From NCBI GenBank assembly GCA_004293935.1, contig RDZH01000015.1, positions 6,999 to 70,998 of the forward strand: 64,000 bases of DNA, read 5' to 3'. Below, piece by piece: positions 10,595-23,252 of the stretch. Each line of letters begins with the position of its first letter. Positions within the stretch are counted from its first letter, which is position 1. Under the pieces are notes generated by a model, which had not been told where the DNA came from, made no database searches, and saw only the letters and a program-made list of their open reading frames with translations. Source of the DNA: Alphaproteobacteria bacterium (GTDB lineage Bacteria; Pseudomonadota; Alphaproteobacteria; Rickettsiales; UBA998). Both the position numbers and the translations under genes were made by a program.

Positions 10595-10595
10595 G

Positions 10596-11153
10596 TTACC
10601 CATTCAAAATGCGGGCTTTTTGGGCTTGAAATTCTTCTTGCGTGATATGCCCTGCATTCATGAGCTGCACTAATCGTTCAATCTGTGAGGCAACATCGAC
10701 TGCTTGCGGGCGCACATGCGCGGAGGCAACGGCAGCGGCTTCTTGATAGGTGAGATGTTTGTAATCATCAATCGCACGGCGCACTTCTTTGATGAATGGG
10801 TCAATACGGCTTGCCAATACCATGGTGACTAAGGTTGCGGCTGCACCATCCCATACTTTAATGTTGCCGAATAAGATAATATAGCTTCCATCCATCGATT
10901 GAATACGATCAAGGGATATTTGCCACTGATTCATCCCCAGAATCATACCTTTATTGATAAATAATAAACGCTTATTGGTACATGCCACAAGCACGGTTTT
11001 CTTGCCCACATAGCCCGAAACGGCAGCGCGAATATATTCGCCATCCACCATCAAATCAGGTAAACAGGCAATTTCACGCTTGGTATAAAACACATAACGC
11101 AATTCAGGTGGTAGGTTGTTAATTTGTGCGCGAACTTCTTCTAATGTTGGCAT
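10596..11153 (-). CDS. Bacterial PH-domain protein with C-terminal SHOCT domain
   Basis: LVACTNKRLLFINKG (bPH-like); C-terminal QIERLVQLMNAGHITQEEFQAQKARIL (SHOCT). Confidence 0.85.
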   Translation of the reverse strand: MPTLEEVRAQINNLPPELRYVFYTKREIACLPDLMVDGEYIRAAVSGYVGKKTVLVACTNKRLLFINKGMILGMNQWQISLDRIQSMDGSYIILFGNIKVWDGAAATLVTMVLASRIDPFIKEVRRAIDDYKHLTYQEAAAVASAHVRPQAVDVASQIERLVQLMNAGHITQEEFQAQKARILNG

Positions 11154-11255
11154 AGAGTAAACCCATGATGGATGTGGTAGATATAAATCTTTTTGAGACT
11201 ATCACAGAATATATCAAAAGTGTACAATTTATCCTATATTCATAGGCTGATTAAC

Positions 11256-13616
11256 CTATCGCAATACCGCACCAACCGTGTGCAGTGATGTAATAATATC
11301 ATTCGATACCGCCATAATATCTTCCTGCGCAAGTGTGCGATCATGTGCTTGCAGCGTCACAGAAAAAGCAACGGACTTTTTCCCTGCCTCAACATTCTTG
11401 CCTTCATATACATCAAAAATTGTTACATCACGAATGAATTGTTTGTTGGCTTTCAAGATGAGTTTGCGTAATTCTCCTGCAGCAACGGATGCATCCATCA
11501 CAAAGGCGAAATCGCGCACACTAGCTTGATAGGCACAAGGCACAAAGGCGGTGTATTTTTTGGGCTTTAGTGAGGTTGCAACATGGTTCAACCAGCATTC
11601 CCAGCCCATCACGGGATGTGTGAGACCAAAAGCACGCAATGTTGCAGGGTGCAATGCGCCTGCAAAACCGAGCGTTATTTTATAGCCCAATGATACGCGT
11701 ACCGCTTGCGAAGGGTGATAATAAGGCGGAATATTCGTGGTGTCGACCATCACGCCAGCACTACTCAGCCCGAGACCTTCCAACAGATGCAGCAGATCCG
11801 CTTTGGCATCATAGGCATCATAGCTACGCTGATCGCGCCAATGCATTCCTGTCGTGCCAGTGCGCACACCACATGCCCGAAGCGGTTGATCGGCAGGCGT
11901 GCAGCCAAAAAATACTGTGCCAATTTCTCCGAGTGCAAGATTGGTGCGCCCATAATCATGGTTGCGTGCCACGGCAGGTAAGAGATCAGCAAATAAATGC
12001 GGGCGCATGACGCTCAGTTCAGAGCTAATTGGGTTGCGTACCCGCACTAAGGATGCTGCGTCATCCGTAAATAAGGAGGCATTCGCTTCCGAGGTGAAAG
12101 CGAAATGCACTGCCTCGTCTAGCCCACGTGCTATCATCACGCTACGCGCCTTATCGGTGAGGGAGGGGGAGCGAACGTGCAAGCGTGCCGGTGGAAGCGG
12201 TGTGCATGGCAGATGCTCATAGCCAACCATGCGGGCAATTTCTTCCGTTATATCTTCTTTGCCCTCCATATCGGGGCGGTGCGATGGCGTAGACACGTGC
12301 CATAGGGCGTGTTCTTTGGTGATAGTGCATCCAAGCGCGGTCAGAATAGTCTCTTGACGTGCTTCCTCGACCATCATGCCCGTGCGCTGCATCATGAATG
12401 TAGGATCATAGGCGATGGTGCGCGTAAGGTTCGGGGCTTCTCCAGCACAAGTACGGGCTGTGATGCGACCCCCACAAAGTGCGACAATCATCTCAGCAGC
12501 ACGCCTCGCAAAGGGTTCAGTGGTGCTTGGATCAACGGTGCGCTCAAAGCGATAACGTGCATCTGTATCAATGTTGAGTGTGCGCCCTGCTCCTGCAATA
12601 GCAATCGGATCAAACCATGCAGCTTCTAAGAGTACATGCGTGGTGGATTCCGAACACCCAGAGGCATTGCCCCCAATAATGCCACCCACCGCACATGCGC
12701 CATGCATATCGGCAATCACACATGTTCCTTCAGCGAGGGCATAGTTCGTGCCATTGAGTCCTGTAAACGGCTCATCCCTATGTGCGCTGCGTAAACTGAA
12801 TGATCCTGCCACCTTGTGCGCATCATAGACATGCAGCGGGCGACCATAGGCAAGCATGAAATAATTGGTAATATCCACCAAGGTTGAAATGGATCGCATT
12901 CCCACAGATTCCAAACGGGAACGCAACCATGCGGGGCTTGTGCCATTCACCACATCGGCAATTTCATAGAGTATAAAATGAGGACACACATCGCTTGCAA
13001 GCGTCACTTCCCGCCCGTGAGGGAGTTCGAGTGCAGCGAGCGGAGGCAGTGCTTTTAGCGTACCACAACCTGCGGCAGCTAAATCGCGTGCAATCCCCAT
13101 CACGGATAAGCAATCACCACGGTTTGGCGTGATGGATACATCAAATAAGACATCATTAAGCCCCAGCGCATCAATGGCTTTCACGCCCACATCCAGCGAT
13201 GCATCCAGTTCCATAATACCATCATCATCTGTGCCAATGCCTAGCTCACGGGCAGAGCATAACATCCCATTGCTTTCAACATCACGAATTTTGCTTGCTT
13301 TGATTTTTAAGCCAGAGGTGGGAATCACATCACCAATATCCGCCAAAATCACCTTAATGTCGGGGCGTGCATTGGGCGCACCGCATACAATCTGACGCAC
13401 GCCATGATGGGTCTGCACTTGGCACACACGCAATTTATCGGCATTGGGGTGCGGGGCAGTGGAAAGTATATGTGCTACTGTGAAGGATTCTAAGCCTGCA
13501 CTCATGAAGTGTACGGACTCAATCTCTAAGCCTAAATGGGTGAGTTTTGCCGCAATATCGCGTGCATTGAGGGAGGTATCAAGGAATTCATGCAGCCAGC
13601 TAAGGGTAAATTTCAT
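11256..13616 (-). CDS. pheT: Phenylalanine--tRNA ligase beta subunit
   Basis: MKFTLSWL, HPNADKL, VCGAPN, ITPNRGDCLS, RFERTVDP, EEIARMVGY, FDVYEG. Confidence 0.97.
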   Translation of the reverse strand: MKFTLSWLHEFLDTSLNARDIAAKLTHLGLEIESVHFMSAGLESFTVAHILSTAPHPNADKLRVCQVQTHHGVRQIVCGAPNARPDIKVILADIGDVIPTSGLKIKASKIRDVESNGMLCSARELGIGTDDDGIMELDASLDVGVKAIDALGLNDVLFDVSITPNRGDCLSVMGIARDLAAAGCGTLKALPPLAALELPHGREVTLASDVCPHFILYEIADVVNGTSPAWLRSRLESVGMRSISTLVDITNYFMLAYGRPLHVYDAHKVAGSFSLRSAHRDEPFTGLNGTNYALAEGTCVIADMHGACAVGGIIGGNASGCSESTTHVLLEAAWFDPIAIAGAGRTLNIDTDARYRFERTVDPSTTEPFARRAAEMIVALCGGRITARTCAGEAPNLTRTIAYDPTFMMQRTGMMVEEARQETILTALGCTITKEHALWHVSTPSHRPDMEGKEDITEEIARMVGYEHLPCTPLPPARLHVRSPSLTDKARSVMIARGLDEAVHFAFTSEANASLFTDDAASLVRVRNPISSELSVMRPHLFADLLPAVARNHDYGRTNLALGEIGTVFFGCTPADQPLRACGVRTGTTGMHWRDQRSYDAYDAKADLLHLLEGLGLSSAGVMVDTTNIPPYYHPSQAVRVSLGYKITLGFAGALHPATLRAFGLTHPVMGWECWLNHVATSLKPKKYTAFVPCAYQASVRDFAFVMDASVAAGELRKLILKANKQFIRDVTIFDVYEGKNVEAGKKSVAFSVTLQAHDRTLAQEDIMAVSNDIITSLHTVGAVLR

Positions 13617-13627
13617 AGCGTAATCTT

Positions 13628-14668
<1,041 letters not shown>

Positions 14669-14919
14669 CTATTGATGGTTTATGTATGGATCGTCTTCTT
14701 AGCACGTCATGAACATAAATGCAAGAAATGCTCGTCTATCATATGAGGAATCACTATCATGCTTAAGCCGACACAGAAAAAAAGCGATAAGTACGGTTCT
14801 TGGGGGGTGATGGCATTTTATGCTTGTATTTTTGTCGCAACGCATGATAGCCTACGTCTTTAATACGTAACTTTGATTTTTGAATGTTGTTTTTTATGAT
14901 CCATGCACCTTCCGCTCTA

Positions 14920-16863
14920 ATGTATTCTGTTCGATTGCCTGATGGCAGTTCCCGCCATTATGATAATGCGGTGACGGGGTTTGAGGTAGCGCAATCGATT
15001 GGTGCAGGGCTTGCCAAAGCAGCCCTTGCGATGAAAGTCGATGGTGTGCAACGTGACTTAAGTGAGATTATCCCCGAGGGGGCAACTGTCCAATTCCTCA
15101 CACTCAAAGATGCTGAAGGGCTGGATGTGATGCGTCATACGCTCACCGCTCAGGTGCTTGCCTTGGCAATCAAGGAGCTTTATCCAACCGCAAAATTGGC
15201 GATTGGTCCAACCATTGAACATGGCTTTTATTATGATGTGGATTGCGCAAAGGCAATCAGCACCGAAGATTTACCCCGCATTGAAGCGCGTATGCGTGAG
15301 ATTTTAGCGCGTAACTTGCCCGTGACGCGAGAGATGTGGGATCGTGATGCAGCCATTACCTTGTTTGAAGCGCGTGGGGAATCCTATAAAGCTGAGTTGA
15401 TTCGCGGTGCAGCGGAAGATGATACCACCGAGCGCGGTAAAATTTCACTCTACCGTCAAGGCGAAGGTGCAGATGCTTTTGTTGATCTCTGCCGTGGGCC
15501 ACACGCCCCGCATTTTAGCAAAATATCGACAGCCTTTAGCCTCACCAAGGTGGCGGGTGCATATTGGCGGGGGGATAGCAAAAATAAGATGCTACAACGC
15601 ATTTATGGTATTGCTTTTGCGGATGATAAGGCACTCAAAGCGCACCTCACCATGCTGGAAGAAGCAGAAAAGCGCGATCATCGTAAATTGGGGCGTGAGT
15701 TGGATTTATTCCATTTTGAGGATTCTGCACCAGGGCAACCTTTTTGGCATCATAATGGCTGGAAGGTTTATAGCCTACTGATTGACTATATGCGCAAGAA
15801 AATTGCCAAATATGGCTATACGGAAGTCAACACGCCACAAATGCTGGATGTATCTTTTTGGCAATATTCAGGGCATTGGGATAAATACCGTGAAAATATG
15901 TTTGTGATTGGTGAAGAAAGCGATGCTGCCTATGCACTCAAGCCTATGAGCTGCCCGGGGAATGTGCAATTATTCAAGCAGGGACTCAAAAGCTACCGTG
16001 ACCTGCCGCTACGGATGGCGGAGTTTGGTAAAGTGTTCCGCCATGAAGCGCATGGAGCGCGGCATGGTTTGATGCGCGTGCAGGGCTTCACCCAAGATGA
16101 TGCGCATATTTTCTGCCGTCCCGATCAATTAGAAGATGAAGTGATCATGATGTGCGATCTTATCCGTGAGGTCTATACGCAATTAGGATTTGATGATGTA
16201 CGTGTGAAATTTTCTACCCGCCCCGAGCAACGTATTGGATCAGAAGAAGATTGGGATCGCGCCGAAGCGGTGCTACAAAAAGTATGTGATCGTATTGGCT
16301 TTGCGTGGGAACTTAATGCAGGTGACGGCGCGTTTTATGCTCCGAAGCTAGATTTTGTGTTGCGTGATGCGATTGGGCGCGATTGGCAGTGTGGTACGAT
16401 TCAAGTGGATATGAACCTCCCGCAACGCTTAGACATCACCTATATGGGCGAAGATGGTGCGAAGCATCGTCCGTGCATGGTGCATCGTGCGATTATGGGG
16501 TCAATAGAACGTTTTATGGGGATTCTCATTGAGCATTATGCGGGCAAGTTTCCGTTTTGGCTTGCGCCAACGCAGGTGGGCGTACTCACCATCGGTCAAG
16601 ATCATGCATCCTATGCGCAAGAAGTGGTCACAGCGTTGAACGCAAAGGGCTTGCGTGCTTTTGTGGATAGCAGCAATGAAACGATCAACTATAAGGTGCG
16701 TCATCATTCCACCCATAAAGTGCCTGTATTGCTTGCGGTCGGTGATCGTGAACGTGATCAGCGCACCGTTGCCATGCGTCGTTTGGGTAGCCAACAACAA
16801 CAAATCATATCTTTGGATGAGGCACTGAACCAATTAGCGCATGAAGGGGCAATGCCTGAGTAG
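14920..16863 (+). CDS. thrS: Threonine--tRNA ligase
   Basis: LPDGS TGS domain, DLCRGPH, RDHRKLG, LKPMSCPG, GLMRVQGFTQDDAH, MVHRAIMGSIERF; start 14920 or 14884. Confidence 0.97.
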   Translation: MYSVRLPDGSSRHYDNAVTGFEVAQSIGAGLAKAALAMKVDGVQRDLSEIIPEGATVQFLTLKDAEGLDVMRHTLTAQVLALAIKELYPTAKLAIGPTIEHGFYYDVDCAKAISTEDLPRIEARMREILARNLPVTREMWDRDAAITLFEARGESYKAELIRGAAEDDTTERGKISLYRQGEGADAFVDLCRGPHAPHFSKISTAFSLTKVAGAYWRGDSKNKMLQRIYGIAFADDKALKAHLTMLEEAEKRDHRKLGRELDLFHFEDSAPGQPFWHHNGWKVYSLLIDYMRKKIAKYGYTEVNTPQMLDVSFWQYSGHWDKYRENMFVIGEESDAAYALKPMSCPGNVQLFKQGLKSYRDLPLRMAEFGKVFRHEAHGARHGLMRVQGFTQDDAHIFCRPDQLEDEVIMMCDLIREVYTQLGFDDVRVKFSTRPEQRIGSEEDWDRAEAVLQKVCDRIGFAWELNAGDGAFYAPKLDFVLRDAIGRDWQCGTIQVDMNLPQRLDITYMGEDGAKHRPCMVHRAIMGSIERFMGILIEHYAGKFPFWLAPTQVGVLTIGQDHASYAQEVVTALNAKGLRAFVDSSNETINYKVRHHSTHKVPVLLAVGDRERDQRTVAMRRLGSQQQQIISLDEALNQLAHEGAMPE

Positions 16864-16883
16864 GGCGTGATGTGGCTGGCATT

Positions 16884-16899
16884 GTCACAAAATCTTCAT
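16884..16899 (+). promoter_or_regulatory. Pho-box-like 11-bp periodic direct repeat (GTCAC-N6-TTCAT)
   Basis: GTCACAAAATCTTCAT upstream of orphan 16976; TATGAT -10 candidate at 16933. Confidence 0.35.
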
Positions 16900-16975
16900 A
16901 AGAATTTTGTGTTATCTGTGTATCATATCAGCTATGATGTGTGAAAATAGCATATATTATGGCGCAAGGTGAGAC

Positions 16976-17521
16976 ATGGCTAACAAATCGCACGATGCAG
17001 AATATCAAGGGGTGGATGAATTGCTTGTTGGCAATGCCATATCACAACGGTACAGCCTTATTGCGAATACCGTTTTAACGGGTGTATCGATTGCTTCGGT
17101 TATGGAATTAATACATCGCAATGTTCCTGCGCTTGAGCGTATTGGTGAAATCGCGTTATCTGGAGTAACAGCAGTAGCCGAGAAATATCACAATATCAGT
17201 CAAAATACCTCTGTCATCCATCCTAAGGATATTGCCGGGCTTGTCGGACGCCAACTTGGCATGGAAGCCGAGGCTATTGCTGACGTGTCCTTCAAAGGAA
17301 ATAGCACACCCATGAATGTTATTGTAGGAGCTGCCTTAGTGGCAGCAGTGGTTGCCCCTATGGTTGGTTTTAGCGTGGGTGCAAAACAAGCGCATATGAT
17401 GCGTGAAAATCATTATCAGATGCAGTCTAGAATTCACGAACTGGAAGCAGAGATTGCTAACCTCACCGATGTGCAGCATCAAGGGCGCGTGCAGGAGACG
17501 GAAGTGCAGAAAGCACTTTAG
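16976..17521 (+). CDS. Orphan protein with hydrophobic segments and C-terminal coiled coil
   Basis: 181-aa ORF with RBS (AAGGTGAG); VIVGAALVAAVVAPMVGFSVG TM-like segment; tail HQGRVQETEVQKAL. Confidence 0.7.
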   Translation: MANKSHDAEYQGVDELLVGNAISQRYSLIANTVLTGVSIASVMELIHRNVPALERIGEIALSGVTAVAEKYHNISQNTSVIHPKDIAGLVGRQLGMEAEAIADVSFKGNSTPMNVIVGAALVAAVVAPMVGFSVGAKQAHMMRENHYQMQSRIHELEAEIANLTDVQHQGRVQETEVQKAL

Positions 17522-17638
17522 CGGATAGGGCATCATAAAAAAACCCTCGCATCATTATCAAATAACGCTGGAGTATGTGGAATCTTCGGTGTATGGTGCG
17601 AAGCATGAAAGGGAAGATACCCATGCGTGAGGGATTAT

Positions 17639-18796
17639 ATGTTGTTTGATCGGACGAATACCACAAGGTTCGGGCGTTGGTGGTGGCAGACAGATCGCGT
17701 GCTGTTGATCTGCTTTTCGCTCTTGATGGTGCTGAGTGCGGTGTTGGTGACGGCATCGTCTCCGCCTGTGGCGCAACGATTAGATTATGACCCGTATCAC
17801 TTCATTTATGCGCAGCATAAATTTCTTGTGATTTCCTTTGCGGTGATGATTGGTGTATCGATGCTGTCGGTGCGCACTATTCGGCGCATGGCAGTTTTAG
17901 GGCTTATGGGATCGCTCTTGCTTATGGTGGTATTGCCCATTTTGGGCGATCAGACGAAGGGCGCAACGCGTTGGATTGCGATTGCGGGGTTAAAGATTCA
18001 ACCATCGGAATTTATGAAACCATGTTTTGTGATGGTTTTAGCATGGTTATTATCAGAACGACAACGCACGGTTGATTTTCCTGCATACCGTCTGGTGTTT
18101 GCCATTTATTTAACTTGTGCGTTATTATTATTGATTCAACCAGATGTAGGTATGTTTTTTGTGGTGAGTGCGCTGCTCGGTGTGGAACTATTGTTGGGGG
18201 GGATTGCCTTAGGGTGGATTTTTCTCTTAGGAGCTGTGGTGATTATTGGCGGTGTGATTGCTTATTTTACGTTCCCACATGTTACCAAGCGTATTGATGG
18301 CTTTCTTGATCCCACCTCTGTGGATAGCTATCAGATTGATAAATCATTGGAGTCGTTTGCGTCGGGTGGATTGCTTGGCAAGGGGCCGGGTGAGGGCGTG
18401 GTAAAATGGCAATTACCAGATGCGCATACAGATTTTATTTTTGCCGTAGCAGGGGAAGAATTTGGCTTGGTGGCGTTGATTATTATCGGTTTATTTTTTG
18501 CGATTATTTATCGCGGCTTGCGTCGGGCGGGCGCAGCTCAGGATATGTTCATCATGCTTGCTGTGGCGGGATTGGTGACGCAAATTGGGATTCAGGCTTT
18601 GGTTAATATGGGTGTTGCCGTGCGGATGTTTCCTGCCAAGGGGATGACGTTGCCGTTTTTAAGCTATGGCGGTTCATCGTTGGTTGCGGTGGCGTGTACA
18701 GCAGGGGCGATTTTGGGGTTGACGCGCAAGCAATATGGGATGCGCTCACGGCAATCATTTGAACATTATCAACCGATGGAAGGGCAAAAAGGATGA
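17639..18796 (+). CDS. ftsW: Peptidoglycan glycosyltransferase FtsW (SEDS)
   Basis: KGATRWI, IQPSEFMKP, LPDAHTDFIFAV.GEEFG, KGMTLPFLSYGGSS; precedes murG. Confidence 0.96.
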   Translation: MLFDRTNTTRFGRWWWQTDRVLLICFSLLMVLSAVLVTASSPPVAQRLDYDPYHFIYAQHKFLVISFAVMIGVSMLSVRTIRRMAVLGLMGSLLLMVVLPILGDQTKGATRWIAIAGLKIQPSEFMKPCFVMVLAWLLSERQRTVDFPAYRLVFAIYLTCALLLLIQPDVGMFFVVSALLGVELLLGGIALGWIFLLGAVVIIGGVIAYFTFPHVTKRIDGFLDPTSVDSYQIDKSLESFASGGLLGKGPGEGVVKWQLPDAHTDFIFAVAGEEFGLVALIIIGLFFAIIYRGLRRAGAAQDMFIMLAVAGLVTQIGIQALVNMGVAVRMFPAKGMTLPFLSYGGSSLVAVACTAGAILGLTRKQYGMRSRQSFEHYQPMEGQKG

Positions 18797-19911
18797 CGCT
18801 ATCATCACAGTCACGTACCGTTGTTTTGGCAACAGGAGGGACGGGAGGGCATATTTTCCCTGCAGAAGCGTTGGCAGAATGTCTTTTGGCGCGTGGTTAT
18901 AAGGTGCATGTGATAACAGATCGACGCTTTGAACATTATATGCGTGCGAGTAATTATGTTTTAGGATCGATTCCTACCCATGTGATTGATGCAGCAAGCA
19001 TGAGTGGATCGCTGATGGTGCGTGCTAAGGCATTAGTGAAAAATATCATTGCTTATCGTGTGGTGCGTAGGATTTTATCTGAAGTGCGCCCGAATGTGGT
19101 TGTAGGTTTTGGTGGCTATCCTTCTTTTCCAACCTTGTTTGCTGCAGCGGGGCGTATTCCAACGATTATCCATGAACAGAACTCGATTTTAGGCAAAGCT
19201 AATCGCATGTTGGCATCTCGCGTGGATGTGATTGCGACTTCCTTTGAGCAAACGGGAGGGATAAAGTTAGCAGATCAGCCACGTGTGCAGTGTATTGGCA
19301 ATCCTGTACGTGCTGCGATTCAATCGTTGCGCGCTGTGGATTATCCTACCATGCTTGCCGATGGTATCGTGCATGTGTTAGTAACGGGAGGATCGCAAGG
19401 GGCAGCGATTTTGGGGGATATTGTGCCTAAGGCAGTGGCGTTGTTGCCTGCACCATTGCGTAAACGTGTGCGGATTGATCAGCAGGTGCGCGCTGAGCAG
19501 TTGGAAGGATTACGCGCCGAATATGAAGCCATTGGCGTACATGCAGATTTAGCACCATTTTTTGCGGATATACCGAACCGTTTAGCCTCAGCGCATTTAG
19601 TGATTGCGCGGGCAGGAGCATCAACCATTTGTGAATTGACCACAGCAGGACGACCCGCAATTCTTGTGCCTCTTCCCTCAGCAGCGGATGATCATCAGAA
19701 ATATAACGCCAAAGCCATCGATGATATGGGTGGTGGGTGGTTGATGCCCCAAAATGCCTTCACTCCTGAAGCATTGGCAGCGAAGCTGGAATATTTCCTT
19801 ACCATGCCGCATAGCTTAGCGAAAGCTGCAGCAAGCGCACGGGCATTGGGCAAGCCCGAAGCAGCGGAGCATTTGGCAGATTTAGTAGAGCGTGTTGCAC
19901 GCCCATCATAG
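18793..19911 (+). CDS. murG: MurG GlcNAc transferase
   Basis: [39 protein letters not shown]. Confidence 0.97.
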   Translation: MTLSSQSRTVVLATGGTGGHIFPAEALAECLLARGYKVHVITDRRFEHYMRASNYVLGSIPTHVIDAASMSGSLMVRAKALVKNIIAYRVVRRILSEVRPNVVVGFGGYPSFPTLFAAAGRIPTIIHEQNSILGKANRMLASRVDVIATSFEQTGGIKLADQPRVQCIGNPVRAAIQSLRAVDYPTMLADGIVHVLVTGGSQGAAILGDIVPKAVALLPAPLRKRVRIDQQVRAEQLEGLRAEYEAIGVHADLAPFFADIPNRLASAHLVIARAGASTICELTTAGRPAILVPLPSAADDHQKYNAKAIDDMGGGWLMPQNAFTPEALAAKLEYFLTMPHSLAKAAASARALGKPEAAEHLADLVERVARPS

Positions 19912-19930
19912 CATATTGAAAGAGGTACTT

Positions 19931-21403
19931 ATGACAATTATTCCCTTAAAAAAATTACCTATTGCGCATACGCTTCCACATGATGTCGGGCTGATTCATA
20001 TTGTTGGTGTGGGTGGCATTGGCATGAGTGGTGTTGCAGAGGTTTTGCATAGTTTGGGCTATAAGGTGCAAGGCTCAGATATTGCGGAAAATGGCAATAT
20101 CACACGCTTGCGGGGTATGGGCATGACGGTGCATATTGGGCATGAAGCGGAGAATGTGAATGATGCAGCGGTTGTGGTGATTTCTTCTGCCATCAAACAC
20201 GGCAATCCCGAAGTAGAAGCAGCGCAAGCGGCGCGTATTCCAGTGATTAAGCGTGCAGATATGTTGGCGGAGTTGGTGCGCCTAAAAATGACAGTAGCGA
20301 TTGCGGGGACGCATGGCAAAACGACAACTACGTCACTGACGGCCGCCTTGATGGAGCATGGCGGGTTTCAACCAACCGTGATCAATGGCGGGATTATCAA
20401 TGCCTATGGCACGAATGCACGTGTTGGTGCAGGTGCATGGATGGTGGTAGAGGCAGATGAATCAGATGGCACATTCACGCGGTTGCCTGCAACTATTGCT
20501 ATTGTGACGAATATTGACCCCGAGCATTTGGATTATTATGGCTCGTTTGATGCACTCAAAAAGGCTTTTAAGCAGTTTTTAGAGAACATCCCTTTTTATG
20601 GCTTTTGTGTGCTGTGCTTGGATCATCCAATGGTGCAAGAGTTGGTGGGGCAGGTGTCTGATCGCCGTATTATTACCTACGGCATGAGTGCGCAAGCAGA
20701 TGTGCGCGCTTTAGATATTCACATCAATGGTGATGGGCAGGTGTTCACGGTGCAATTAAGTGATTATTTAGTTGGGCAAGGGCGGCGTATTGAGCAGATA
20801 TTTTTGCCGATGCATGGAGTGCATAATGTCAGTAATGCGTTGGCATCTATCGCGGTGGCTTTGGAATTGGGGATGAGTGAAACACTCATCCGCTCAGGGC
20901 TTGGGCAGTTTAGTGGGGTGAAGCGTCGGTTTACGCGCACGGGATGCGTGGATGGGGTGACGATTGTCGATGATTATGGACATCATCCTGTTGAAATTGT
21001 TGCGACACTCAAAAGCGCACGTCAAGCAGCAGGCAGTGATCATAAGGTGATTGCGGTGATTCAACCGCATCGTTATACGCGCCTAAGAGACCTATTCCAA
21101 GATTTTTGCGTGTGCGCTAATGAAGCCGATTATGTGATTGTCACAGAAATTTACGCTGCAGGGGAGCAGCCTATTGAGGGCATAAGCCGTGATGCATTGG
21201 TGGCAGGGATGCGTCAACATGGGCATCATCATGTGCGCGCATTGGAATCCGAACATGATCTTGCTGCAACCATTGCAGACATTGCCCAAGAAGGTGATTA
21301 CGTCATTTGCCTAGGCGCAGGTTCAATTTCTGCATGGGCAAATGCATTGCCGAGTGCGCTTCAAGAATATATGGGCAGTCAACCAGCAAAAGTAGGTTCA
21401 TGA
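19931..21403 (+). CDS. murC: UDP-N-acetylmuramate--L-alanine ligase
   Basis: [43 protein letters not shown]. Confidence 0.97.
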   Translation: MTIIPLKKLPIAHTLPHDVGLIHIVGVGGIGMSGVAEVLHSLGYKVQGSDIAENGNITRLRGMGMTVHIGHEAENVNDAAVVVISSAIKHGNPEVEAAQAARIPVIKRADMLAELVRLKMTVAIAGTHGKTTTTSLTAALMEHGGFQPTVINGGIINAYGTNARVGAGAWMVVEADESDGTFTRLPATIAIVTNIDPEHLDYYGSFDALKKAFKQFLENIPFYGFCVLCLDHPMVQELVGQVSDRRIITYGMSAQADVRALDIHINGDGQVFTVQLSDYLVGQGRRIEQIFLPMHGVHNVSNALASIAVALELGMSETLIRSGLGQFSGVKRRFTRTGCVDGVTIVDDYGHHPVEIVATLKSARQAAGSDHKVIAVIQPHRYTRLRDLFQDFCVCANEADYVIVTEIYAAGEQPIEGISRDALVAGMRQHGHHHVRALESEHDLAATIADIAQEGDYVICLGAGSISAWANALPSALQEYMGSQPAKVGS

Positions 21404-22314
21404 TGCAGTTGCAAGATCATCTGCCGAAGGTGCGCGGGCGGTTGCGTTTTGATGTGCCATTGGCATCGCGTTGTTGGTTTGCGGTTGGTGGCAATGCTGA
21501 TTGTGTGTTTACGCCAGAAGATACTCAAGATTTAAGTGATTTTTTAGCGCAACTTCCCTCTCATATTCCCGTGATGGTGATGGGAGTTGCCTCGAATATG
21601 TTGGTGCGTGATGGTGGCATTGAGGGGGTCGTGATTCGTTTAGGACGTGACGCAGCGCAAGTGACGCATGAAGGGGATATGCTGTGTGCAGGTGGAGCGG
21701 TGCTTGATGCGCATGTTGCTCGCTATGCTGCCGATGCGGGCATTGCTGGTTTAGAGTTTTTGGTGGGCATACCGGGTACGATGGGCGGGGCAGTGCAGAT
21801 GAACGCAGGTGCTTATGGTGGTGATATGGCAGGATGCGTGGTGCGCATTGAGGCGGTGGATCGGGCAGGCGCGATTCATCATGTGGGTGCTGAGGCGATT
21901 GGCTTTCGTTACCGTAGTTCAACGCTTCCAAAGGATTGGATGATAACGCGTGTGTGGGTGCGTGGTGGTGCAGGACATGATCCCGCGACTATTCATGCGC
22001 ATATGGAAGATATTATGCGCTCACGTGAGGCAACGCAGCCAGTGCGTAGCAAAACAGGTGGATCGACCTTCAAAAACCCCGAAGGATATAAAGCATGGGA
22101 GTTGATTGACGCAGCGGGGTGTCGTGGACTTACCCATGGGGATGCGCAAATATCATTGATGCATTGCAATTTTATGATAAATCATGGTAAAGCTAGTGCG
22201 AATGATCTAGAATCGCTCGGGGAAGAAGTGCGCCGTCGTGTGTTAGAAACAAGTGGCGTGATGTTGGAATGGGAAATTAAGCGTGTCGGCAGAGTGCGTG
22301 ATACGGTAGAATGA
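21400..22314 (+). CDS. murB: UDP-N-acetylenolpyruvoylglucosamine reductase
   Basis: [41 protein letters not shown]; ATGA overlap with murC. Confidence 0.96.
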   Translation: MMQLQDHLPKVRGRLRFDVPLASRCWFAVGGNADCVFTPEDTQDLSDFLAQLPSHIPVMVMGVASNMLVRDGGIEGVVIRLGRDAAQVTHEGDMLCAGGAVLDAHVARYAADAGIAGLEFLVGIPGTMGGAVQMNAGAYGGDMAGCVVRIEAVDRAGAIHHVGAEAIGFRYRSSTLPKDWMITRVWVRGGAGHDPATIHAHMEDIMRSREATQPVRSKTGGSTFKNPEGYKAWELIDAAGCRGLTHGDAQISLMHCNFMINHGKASANDLESLGEEVRRRVLETSGVMLEWEIKRVGRVRDTVE

Positions 22315-23252
22315 AGGGTAATAAAAACATGAGTGAACATATTGCATTATTAAAAGGTGGGTGGTCAAGTGAACGCGAGGTTTCGCTTGCGAGTGGTCTT
22401 GCGGTGGAGCAAGCATTGATTCAGTTGGGCTATCCCTATAGCGTCATTGATGTGCAGCCAGATATTGGCAAGATATTGACGGAGATGAAGCCTACCAAAG
22501 TGTTTAATGCACTGCATGGCAAATATGGCGAGGATGGATCAATTCAAGGCGTATTGGAGTTGTTAAGCATTCCCTATACCCATTCAGGGGTGTTGGCTTC
22601 GGCAATGGCGATGGATAAGGTTTGCTCAAAAGCGATGTTCCGTCATTATGGCATTCGCACGCCCGATGGTGGTGTATTCACGATTGAAGAAATCAAAAAT
22701 AAATCCCCATTTCCTTATCCCTTTGTGGTGAAGCCCCCAGCGGATGGTTCAAGCGTCAATGTGTTTTTGATTTTTGAAGAATATGATTTGCGTTCTCTTG
22801 CGTGCGTTCCCGATGATACGCTGATGTTGGTAGAACCCTATATTCCGGGGCGTGAGATTCAGGTTGCAGTACTCAACGGCAAGGCACTTGGGGCAATCGA
22901 GATTCGTCCAAAGAATAAATTTTATGATTATGAGGCTAAATATACGGCGGGTAAGGCAGATCATATGATGCCAGCCCCGCTTCCTGCGGAAGATTATCTG
23001 GAAGTGTTACGTTTGGCAGAGCGCGCCCATAATGCGCTTGGGTGCCGTGGTTTGACCCGCTCAGATTTCCGCTATGATGACCAAACTATTGGTAGGGATA
23101 TGTTCTATATTTTAGAAATTAATACGCAACCGGGGATGACGCAATTTTCGCTTGCACCTGAAATTGCTGCCCATCACGGCATTAGCTTTACTGATCTTGT
23201 GAAGCATTTGCTTGATCATGCAACAACGGATGAGGCTGTGCGTTATGGCTGA
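22311..23252 (+). CDS. ddl: D-alanine--D-alanine ligase
   Basis: GGWSSEREVSL, LHGKYGEDG, FYDYEAKY, LEINTQPGMT. Confidence 0.96.
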   Translation: MKGNKNMSEHIALLKGGWSSEREVSLASGLAVEQALIQLGYPYSVIDVQPDIGKILTEMKPTKVFNALHGKYGEDGSIQGVLELLSIPYTHSGVLASAMAMDKVCSKAMFRHYGIRTPDGGVFTIEEIKNKSPFPYPFVVKPPADGSSVNVFLIFEEYDLRSLACVPDDTLMLVEPYIPGREIQVAVLNGKALGAIEIRPKNKFYDYEAKYTAGKADHMMPAPLPAEDYLEVLRLAERAHNALGCRGLTRSDFRYDDQTIGRDMFYILEINTQPGMTQFSLAPEIAAHHGISFTDLVKHLLDHATTDEAVRYG